From the NCBI RefSeq assembly GCF_009914755.1, contig NC_060940.1: a stretch of 64,000 nucleotides of DNA; one strand, written 5' to 3'. The stretch comes from the human T2T-CHM13v2.0 reference genome, Homo sapiens. A program made the position numbers and the translations under genes. Positions 1-11,474 of the stretch are shown piece after piece; positions within the stretch are counted from its first letter, which is position 1, and each line of letters begins with the position of its first letter. The notes beneath the pieces were generated by a model. It searched no databases and was not told the DNA's origin. It worked only from the letters and a program-made list of their open reading frames with translations.

Positions 1-3000
1 TTCCATTCGATGATGATTCCATTTGAGTTCATTCGATGATTCTATTCGATTCTCTTCGATGGTGATTCAATTCTATTATATTGGATGATTCCATTCGATT
101 CCATTTGATGTTGATTCAATTCGATTCTATTCGATGATGATTCCATTGGATTTCACTTGATGATTCTATTCGATTCCATTCAATGATGATTCACTTCTCG
201 TCCATTGGATGATTCCATTTCATTCCATTCGATGATGATTCCATTCGATTCCATTCGATGATTCCATTTGATTCCATGCGTCGGTGAGCAATTCGATTCA
301 ATTCCATGATGATTCTATTTGATTCAATTAGATGATGTTTCCATTCGAATCCATTCCATGATTATTCCATTGGAATCCATTCGGCGATGATTCCATATGA
401 GTCAATTCAATGATGATTCCATATGGGTCCGTTCGATGATAATTCCATTTGATTTCATTCGATGCTTCTATTCTATTCCAGTCGATGATGATTCCGTTGG
501 AGTCCATACGATGATTCCATTTGATTTCATTTGATGATGATTCCATTCGATGATGATTACATTGGATTCCATTCTATGATTCCATTCAATTCCATTCGTT
601 GATGATTCGATTCCATTCAATGATGATTCCATTTGAGTTCATTCGATGATTCTATTCGATTCCGTTCGATGGTGATTCAATTCTCTTATATTGGATGATT
701 CCACTCGATTCCATTTGACGATAATTCCATTGGAGTCCACTTAGTGAATCCTTTAGATTCTACTCGAAGATGATTCCATTCGAGTCCATTCGATGATACC
801 ATTCAATTTCATTCGTTGATGCTTCCATTCAAGTGCATTCGATGATATCATTCGATTCCATTTGATGATAATTCCATTTGATTCCATGCGATGATTCTAT
901 TCGATTCCATTCAACGACAATTCCATTCAATTCAGTGATTCCTCTGGACTCCATTTGATGATGATTCCATTCAATGATTCCATTCGATTCTATTCGAAAA
1001 TGATTCCATTTGAATCCATTTGATGATGATTCCATTAGATTCCATTTGATGATTCCATTCGATTCCATTCAATGATGATTCCATTCGATTCCGTTTGATG
1101 ATTCCATTCTATTCTATTCGATGATGATTCCATTCGATTCCATTCGATGATGATTGGATTCGATTCCATTTGATGATTTCATTTGATTCCATTCGTTAAT
1201 GATTTCGATCAATTCCATTCGATGATTCCATTCGATTCCATTCGATAATGATTACATCCGAGTCCATTCGATGATTCCCTTTGAGCCTGTTCGATAATTC
1301 CATTTGAGTCCAACCAATGATTCCATTCATTTCCATTCAATGATTCCATTCGAGTCCATTTGATCATTCCGGTAGGGTCCATTCGATGTTGATTCCATTG
1401 GAGTGCATTCGATGATTCCATTCGAGTCCATTTTAGGATTTGATTCGAGTCCTTTCGATGATTCCATTCGATTCCACTCGATGATGATTTCATTCGAGTC
1501 CATTCGACACTTCCAATCGATTCCATTTGATGATTCCATTCGAGTCCAATTGATGATTCCATTCAATTCCATTCGATGATGATTCCGTACGATTCCATTC
1601 TGTGATGATTCCATGTGATTGCATTCAATGATGATTCCTTTCGATTGCATTCGATTATGATTCATTTCGTGTTCATTCTATGGTTCCACAGGTTTCCATT
1701 CGTGTCCATTCCATTATTCCATTCTATTCCATTTGATGATGATTCCATTCGATTCCATTCCTTGGTGATTCCACTCAATTCCATTCAATGATTCCATTCC
1801 ATTTCTTTCAACAATGATTCCATTAGTTTCTAATCGATGATCCACTTGATTCCATTTGACGACGATTCCATTCTTGTCCATTCGATGATTCCATTTGATT
1901 CCATATGATGATGATTCCATTCGATCCCATACCATGATGATTCCATTCGAGTCCATTCAATGGTGATTCCATTCAATTCCATTCGATGATTCCTTTCGAT
2001 TCCATTCGATGATGATGGCATTCGATTCCTTTCAATCATTCCCTTTGATTCCATTCAAAGGTGATTTCATTCAAGTCCATTCGATAATTGCATTCGATTC
2101 CATTCTATGATGATTCCATTCGAGTCCATTTGATGATTCCATTCAATTCAAGTCAATGATGATTCCATTCGATTCCATTCGATGATTCCATTGGATTCCA
2201 TTCGATGATGATTCCATTCAAATCCATTCGATAATTCAATTCAAGTTCATTCGATGATGATTAAAATCGAATCCATTCAAAGATTCCATTCAGTTCCATT
2301 CGATGGTTCCTTAGATTCCATTCGATGATTCCACTTGATTCCATTTACGATGATTCCATTCGATTCCATGTGATGATTCCATTCAATTCTATTCAATGAT
2401 GTCTCCATTTGATTCCATTCGACCATGATTGCCTTTGATTCCATTCAATGACTCCATTCGGTTCCTTTTGATGATGATTCCGTTCGATTCCATTTCATTA
2501 TTCCATTTGATTCCATTGGATGAGTCCATTCGATTACATTCGATGATTATTCCATTCGAGTGCATTAGATGATTCCATTCGAGTCCATTCGATGATTCCA
2601 TTCGATTCCATTCGATGTTGATTCTGTTCAAATCCATTCGATGATTCCACTCGATTCCATTCGTTGACTCCATTTGATCCCATTCGATGATTTCCTTTGA
2701 TTCCCTTTGATGATCATTCCATTTGATTCAATTCGGTGATTTCATTTGATTCCATTCAGTGATGTTTCCATTCGACTCCATTCGATGATGATTCCATTCG
2801 ACTCCATTCGATTATGATTTCACTAAATTCCATTCAATAATGATTCCCTTCGAGTCCATTCGATGATTCCATTCGATTCCATTCAACGATGATTTGATTC
2901 GTGTCCATTCGATGATTCCATTTGATTCCACTTGATGATGATTCCATTCGAGTCCATTTGATGATTCCATTCAATTCCATACTCCGATGATTTCTTTTGA

Positions 3001-5737
3001 GCCCACTCAATGCTTCCACTCGATTCCATATGATGATGACTCCATTCGATGAAATTCGATGATGATTCCATTCGCTTGCTTTCGATGATGATTCCACTTG
3101 AGTCCGTTAGAAGATTCTATTCAATTACATTCCATGACGATTCCGTTCGAGTCCATTTGATGATTCCATTAGACTCCATTCGACGATGATTCCATTCGAT
3201 GTTATTCGATGATTCCATTCGATCTCATTCGATGATGATTCCATTCAACTCCATTCGATGTTTCCATTCGAGTTCATTCTATTATTCCATTAGATTCCAT
3301 TCGATGATGATTCCATTCGATTCCATTTGATGATTGCATTCTATTTCATTTGATGATGATTCCATTCGAGTCCACTCGATGATTCCATTCGAGTCCATTT
3401 AATGAATCCATTGGTTTCAATTCTATGATGATTACATTGGATTCCATTCGTTGATGATTTCATTCGGTTCCATTCCATGATGATTCCATTCCTTTCCATT
3501 CAATGATTCCATTCGATTCCGTTTGATGATGATTTCATTCGAGTCCATTTGATGATTCCATTTGATTTCTTTCGATGATGATTCCATTCGAGTCCATTCG
3601 ATGATTCTATTCGAATCCATTTGATGATTTCTTTTGATTATATTTGGTGATGATTCCATTGGAGTCCATTCAATGATTCCATTCTATTCCAATCGATGAT
3701 GATTCCATTAGAGTCCATTTAATGATTCCATTTGATTCCAGTCTCTGATGATTACATTCGAGTCCATACGATGATTCCACTCAATTCCATATGATGATGA
3801 TTCCATTTGATTCCATTCGGTGATTCCGTTCTATTCTATTCAATGGTGATTCCATTCGAGTACATTAGATGATTCCATTCGATTCCATTCATTGATGATT
3901 CTATTTGTGTCCCTTAGATGATTCCACATGATTCCATTAGATGATGATACTATTTGAGCCCATCCAATGATTCCCTTCGATTCCATTCGATGAGGATTCC
4001 ATTCGATTCAATTCATTGGTGATTCTATTCAATTCAATTCTTTGATTCCATTCCATTCCATTCGACAATGATTCCATTCGATTTCTTTCGATGATTCCAC
4101 TCGATTCCACTTGACATTGATTCCATTCGATTCCATTCAATGATTCCATTTGATTCCAGTGGATGATGATTGCCATCGATTCCATTCGATCACTCCATTC
4201 TATTCCATTTGATGATGATTACATTCGATTCCATTTGATGATTCCATCTGATTCTATTCGAGGATTCCATTTGATTCCATTCGATGATGATTCCATTCGA
4301 GTCCATTCGATGATTTCATTCGAGTACATCCAATGATTCCATTCGAGTCCATTAGATGATTCCATTTGATTCCATTTGAAAATGATTCTACTAGAGTCCA
4401 TTCAATGACTCCATTCGAGTCCATTCAACAATTCCATTCGACTCCATTCGATGATTCCATTCGATTCCATTTGATGGTTCCATTCGAGTCCATTTAATCA
4501 TTACAGTCGAGTCCATTTGGTGATTCCACTGGATTTCTTTTGATAATGATACCATTCAATTACATTTGATGATGATCCCATTCAATTTCATTTGATGATG
4601 ATTCCATTAGAGTCCATTCGATGATTTCATTCGAGTCCCTTCATTGATTCCATCCGATTTCATTGGATGATGACTCCATTCGAGTCCATTCGATGATTCC
4701 ACTCGATTCCATTAGATGACTCCATTGGAGTCCATTTGATTGTTCCATTCGATTCCATTTGATTCCTTTCGAAGATTATTCCATTTGAGTCCATTCGATG
4801 ATGATTCCATTCCATTCCATTCCATGATTCCGTTTGATTCCATTCGATGATTCCCTTCGATTCCTTTCTTTGATGATTCCATTCCATTCCATTCAATGAT
4901 TCCATTCGAATCTATTCCATGATGATTCCTTTCGATTCCATTCGCTGATGTTTCCGTTCAATTCCATTCGATGATGATTCCATTCGATTCCATTCATTGA
5001 GGATTCCATTTGATTCCATTCAATGATGATTCCATTCTATTCCATTCAATGATTGCATTCAATTCCATTCAATGATTATCCCATTAGAGTAAACTCAACG
5101 ATTCCATTCAATACCATTCGATGATGATTCCTTTTGAGTCCATTCAATGATTTCATTCAAGTCCATTTGATGATTCCTTTCAATTCCATTCTATGATGAT
5201 TCCATTCGAGTCCATTCGATGATTCCATTCGATTGCATTCGATGATTCCATTATATTCCATTCAACGATGATTCCATTCGAGTCCATTCCATGATTCCAT
5301 TAGAGTACATTTAATGATTGCTTTGTTTTCAATTCGAAGATGATTACATTGGATTCCATTCTATGATACCATTCGATTCCATTCAATGATGATTCCACTC
5401 AAATCCATTGGATGATTCCATTCGTGTCCATTCGGTGATTTCATTAGATTCCATTCGAGGATGATTCCATTCGATTCCATTCGATGATTCCATTCAATTC
5501 CATTCGATGATGATTCCATTCCAGTCCATATGATCATTCCATTTGATTTCATTCGATGATGATTCCATTCGATTCCATTCGACGATTCCATTCTATTCCA
5601 TTCAATGATGATTCCATTCGAGTCCATTCGATGATTCCATTCGAGTCCATTTAATGATTCCATTGGGTTCAATTCAATGATGATTACATTGGATTCCGTT
5701 CTATGATTCCATTCAATTCCGTTCATTGACAATTTGA
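1..5737 (+). repeat. Macro-unit U1, 5737 bp (short type: 374-bp deletion plus 1-bp deletion)
   Basis: Homologous ORF-track landmark at 328 recurs at 6065 (+5737). Deletion junction at 3475/3476. GGTTCCTTAGA at ~2305-2315 versus GATTCCCTTAGA in later units. The phase is arbitrary (window start). Confidence 0.92.
320..330 (-). promoter_or_regulatory. DUX4-consensus double-homeodomain site TAATTGAATCA (same offset in every macro-unit)
   Basis: The + strand reads TGATTCAATTA, whose reverse complement TAATTGAATCA fits the TAAYBBAATCA DUX4 consensus. It recurs at 6057, 11794, 17906, 24018, 29756, 35930, 42042, 47780, 53954 and 60128. DUX4 binding to HSATII is established, but occupancy here is not shown. 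Confidence 0.5.
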
Positions 5738-8700
5738 TTCCATTCGATGATGATTCCATTTGAGTTCATTCGATGATTCTATTCGATTCTCTTCGATGGT
5801 GATTCAATTCTATTATATTGGATGATTCCATTCGATTCCATTTGATGTTGATTCAATTCGATTCTATTCGATGATGATTCCATTGGATTTCACTTGATGA
5901 TTCTATTCGATTCCATTCAATGATGATTCACTTCTCGTCCATTGGATGATTCCATTTCATTCCATTCGATGATGATTCCATTCGATTCCATTCGATGATT
6001 CCATTTGATTCCATGCGACGGTGAGCAATTCGATTCAATTCCATGATGATTCTATTTGATTCAATTAGATGATGTTTCCATTCGAATCCATTCCATGATT
6101 ATTCCATTGGAATCCATTCGGCGATGATTCCATATGAGTCAATTCAATGATGATTCCATATGGGTCCGTTCGATGATAATTCCATTTGATTTCATTCGAT
6201 GCTTCTATTCTATTCCAGTCGATGATGATTCCGTTGGAGTCCATACGATGATTCCATTTGATTTCATTTGATGATGATTCCATTCGATGATGATTACATT
6301 GGATTCCATTCTATGATTCCATTCAATTCCATTCGTTGATGATTCGATTCCATTCAATGATGATTCCATTTGAGTTCATTCGATGATTCTATTCGATTCC
6401 GTTCGATGGTGATTCAATTCTATTATATTGGATGATTCCACTCGATTCCATTTGATGATTATTCCATTGGAGTCCACTTAGTGAATCCTTTAGATTCTAC
6501 TCGACGATGATTCCATTCGAGTCCATTCGATGATACCATTCAATTCCATTCGTTGATGCTTCCATTCAAGTGCATTCGATGATATCATTCGATTCCATTT
6601 GATGATAATTCCATTTGATTCCATGCGATGATTCTATTCGATTCCCTTCAATGATAATTCCATTCAATTCAGTGATTCCTCTGGACTCCATTTGATGATG
6701 ATTCCATTCAATGATTCCATTCGATTCTATTCGAAAATGATTCCATTTGAATCCATTTGATGATGATTCCATTAGATTCCATTTGATGATTCCATTCGAT
6801 TCCATTCGACGATGATTCCATTCGATTCCGTTTGATGATTCCATTCTATTCTATTCGATGATGATTCCATTCGATTCCATTCGATGATGATTGGATTCGA
6901 TTCCATTGGATGATTTCATTTGATTCCATTCGTTAATGATTTCGATCAATTCCATTCGATGATTCCATTCGATTCCATTCGATAATGATTACATCCGAGT
7001 CCATTCGATGATTCCCTTTGAGCCTGTTCGATAATTCCATTTGAGTCCAACCAATGATTCCATTCATTTCCATTCAATGATTCCATTCGAGTCCATTTGA
7101 TCATTCCGGTAGGGTCCATTCGATGTTGATTCCATTGGAGTGCATTCGATGATTCCATTCGAGTCCATTTTAGGATTTGATTCGAGTCCTTTCGATGATT
7201 CCATTCGATTCCACTCGATGATGATTTCATTCGAGTCCATTCGACACTTCCAATCGATTCCATTTGATGATTCCATTCGAGTCCAATTGATGATTCCATT
7301 CAATTCCATTCGATGATGATTCCGTACGATTCCATTCTGTGATGATTCCATGTGATTGCATTCAATGATGATTCCTTTCGATTGCATTCGATTATGATTC
7401 ATTTCGTGTTCATTCTATGGTTCCACAGGTTTCCATTCGTGTCCATTCCATTATTCCATTCTATTCCATTTGATGATGATTCCGTTCGATTCCATTCATT
7501 GGTGATTCCACTCAATTCCATTCAATGATTCCATTCCATTTCTTTCAACAATGATTCCATTAGTTTCTAATCGATGATCCACTTGATTCCATTTGACGAC
7601 GATTCCATTCTTGTCCATTCGATGATTCCATTTGATTCCATATGATGATGATTCCATTCGATTCCATACCATGATGATTCCATTCGAGTCCATTCAATGG
7701 TGATTCCATTCAATTCCATTCGATGATTCCTTTTGATTCCATTCGATGATGATGGCATTCGATTCCTTTCAATCATTCCCTTTGATTCCATTCAAAGGTG
7801 ATTTCATTCAAGTCCATTCGATAATTGCATTCGATTCCATTCTATGATGATTCCATTCGAGTCCATTTGATGATTCCATTCAATTCAAGTCAATGATGAT
7901 TCCATTCGATTCCATTCGATTATTCCATTGGATTCCATTCGATGATGATTCCATTCAAATCCATTCGATAATTCAATTCAAGTTCATTCGATGATGATTA
8001 AAATCGAATCCATTCAAAGATTCCATTCAGTTCCATTCGATGGTTCCTTAGATTCCATTCGATGATTCCACTTGATTCCATTTACGATGATTCCATTCGA
8101 TTCCATGTGATGATTCCATTCAATTCTATTCAATGATGTCTCCATTTGATTCCATTCGACCATGATTGCCTTTGATTCCATTCAATGACTCCATTCGGTT
8201 CCTTTTGATGATGATTCCGTTCGATTCCATTTCATTATTCCATTTGATTCCATTGGATGAGTCCATTCGATTACATTCGATGATTATTCCATTCGAGTGC
8301 ATTAGATGATTCCATTCGAGTCCATTCGATGATTCCATTCGATTCCATTCGATGTTGATTCTGTTCAAATCCATTCGATGATTCCACTCGATTCCATTCG
8401 TTGACTCCATTTGATCCCATTCGATGATTTCCTTTGATTCCCTTTGATGATCATTCCATTTGATTCAATTCGGTGATTTCATTTGATTCCATTCAGTGAT
8501 GTTTCCATTCGACTCCATTCGATGATGATTCCATTCGACTCCATTCGATTATGATTTCACTAAATTCCATTCAATAATGATTCCCTTCGAGTCCATTCGA
8601 TGATTCCATTCGATTCCATTCAACGATGATTTGATTCGTGTCCATTCGATGATTCCATTTGATTCCACTTGATGATGATTCCATTCGAGTCCATTTGATG

Positions 8701-11474
8701 ATTCCATTCAATTCCATACTCCGATGATTTCTTTTGAGCCCACTCAATGCTTCCACTCGATTCCATATGATGATGACTCCATTCGATGAAATTCGATGAT
8801 GATTCCATTCGCTTGCTTTCGATGATGATTCCACTTGAGTCCGTTAGAAGATTCTATTCAATTACATTCCATGACGATTCCGTTCGAGTCCATTTGATGA
8901 TTCCATTAGACTCCATTCGACGATGATTCCATTCGATGTTATTCCATGATTCCATTCGATCTCATTCGATGATGATTCCATTCAACTCCATTCGATGTTT
9001 CCATTCGAGTTCATTCTATTATTCCATTAGATTCCATTCGATGATGATTCCATTCGATTCCATTTGATGATTGCATTCTATTTCATTTGATGATGATTCC
9101 ATTCGAGTCCACTCGATGATTCCATTCGAGTCCATTTAATGAATCCATTGGTTTCAATTCTATGATGATTACATTGGATTCCATTCGTTGATGATTTCAT
9201 TCGGTTCCATTCCATGATGATTCCATTCCTTTCCATTCAATGATTCCATTCGATTCCGTTTGATGATGATTTCATTCGAGTCCATTTGATGATTCCATTG
9301 GATTTCTTTCGATGATGATTCCATTCGAGTCCATTCGATGATTCTATTCGAATCCATTTGATGATTTCTTTTGATTATATTTGGTGATGATTCCATTGGA
9401 GTCCATTCAATGATTCCATTCTATTCCAATCGATGATGATTCCATTAGAGTCCATTTAATGATTCCATTTGATTCCAGTCTCTGATGATTACATTCGAGT
9501 CCATACGATGATTCCACTCAATTCCATATGATGATGATTCCATTTGATTCCATTCGGTGATTCCGTTCTATTCTATTCAATGGTGATTCCATTCGAGTAC
9601 ATTAGATGATTCCATTCGATTCCATTCATTGATGATTCTATTTGTGTCCCTTAGATGATTCCACATGATTCCATTAGATGATGATACTATTTGAGCCCAT
9701 CCAATGATTCCCTTCGATTCCATTCGATGAGGATTCCATTCGATTCAATTCATTGGTGATTCTATTCAATTCAATTCTTTGATTCCATTCCATTCCATTC
9801 GACAATGATTCCATTCGATTTCTTTCGATGATTCCACTCGATTCCACTTGACATTGATTCCATTCGATTCCATTCAATGATTCCATTTGATTCCAGTGGA
9901 TGATGATTGCCATCGATTCCATTCGATCACTCCATTCTATTCCATTTGATGATGATTACATTCGATTCCATTTGATGATTCCATCTGATTCTATTCGAGG
10001 ATTCCATTTGATTCCATTCGATGATGATTCCATTCGAGTCCATTCGATGATTTCATTCGAGTACATCCAATGATTCCATTCGAGTCCATTAGATGATTCC
10101 ATTTGATTCCATTTGAAAATGATTCTACTAGAGTCCATTCAATGACTCCATTCGAGTCCATTCAACAATTCCATTCGACTCCATTCGATGATTCCATTCG
10201 ATTCCATTTGATGGTTCCATTCGAGTCCATTTAATCATTACAGTCGAGTCCATTTGGTGATTCCACTGGATTTCTTTTGATAATGATACCATTCAATTAC
10301 ATTTGATGATGATCCCATTCAATTTCATTTGATGATGATTCCATTAGAGTCCATTCGATGATTTCATTCGAGTCCCTTCATTGATTCCATCCGATTTCAT
10401 TGGATGATGACTCCATTCGAGTCCATTCGATGATTCCACTCGATTCCATTAGATGACTCCATTGGAGTCCATTTGATTGTTCCATTCGATTCCATTCGAT
10501 TCCTTTCGAAGATTATTCCATTTGAGTCCATTCGATGATGATTCCATTCCATTCCATTCGATGATTCCGTTTGATTCCATTCGATGATTCCCTTCGATTC
10601 CTTTCTTTGATGATTCCATTCCATTCCATTCAATGATTCCATTCGAATCTATTCCATGATGATTCCTTTCGATTCCATTCGCTGATGTTTCCGTTCAATT
10701 CCATTCGATGATGATTCCATTCGATTCCATTCATTGAGGATTCCATTTGATTCCATTCAATGATGATTCCATTCTATTCCATTCAATGATTGCATTCAAT
10801 TCCATTCAATGATTATCCCATTAGAGTAAACTCAACGATTCCATTCAATATCATTCGATGATGATTCCTTTTGAGTCCATTCAATGATTTCATTCAAGTC
10901 CATTTGATGATTCCTTTCAATTCCATTCTATGATGATTCCATTCGAGTCCATTCGATGATTCCATTCGATTGCATTCGATGATTCCATTATATTCCATTC
11001 AACGATGATTCCATTCGAGTCCATTCCATGATTCCATTAGAGTACATTTAATGATTGCTTTGTTTTCAATTCGAAGATGATTACATTGGATTCCATTCTA
11101 TGATACCATTCGATTCCATTCAATGATGATTCCACTCAAATCCATTGGATGATTCCATTCGTGTCCATTCGGTGATTTCATTAGATTCCATTCGAGGATG
11201 ATTCCATTCGATTCCATTCGATGATTCCATTCAATTCCATTCGATGATGATTCCATTCCAGTCCATATGATCATTCCATTTGATTTCATTCGATGATGAT
11301 TCCATTCGATTCCATTCGACGATTCCATTCTATTCCATTCAATGATGATTCCATTCGAGTCCATTCGATGATTCCATTCGAGTCCATTTAATGATTCCAT
11401 TGGGTTCAATTCAATGATGATTACATTGGATTCCGTTCTATGATTCCATTCAATTCCGTTCATTGACAATTTGA
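5738..11474 (+). repeat. Macro-unit U2, 5737 bp (short type: 374-bp deletion plus 1-bp deletion)
   Basis: Landmark 6065 to 11802 (+5737). Same deletion junction (9212/9213) and same variant cluster as U1. Confidence 0.92.

Noticed and set aside
342-382. Short palindromes such as ATTCGAAT and TTCCATTGGAA as hairpins or terminators
   Set aside because: They are very short and arise trivially from single substitutions in the CATTCGATTC motif. There is no supporting context.
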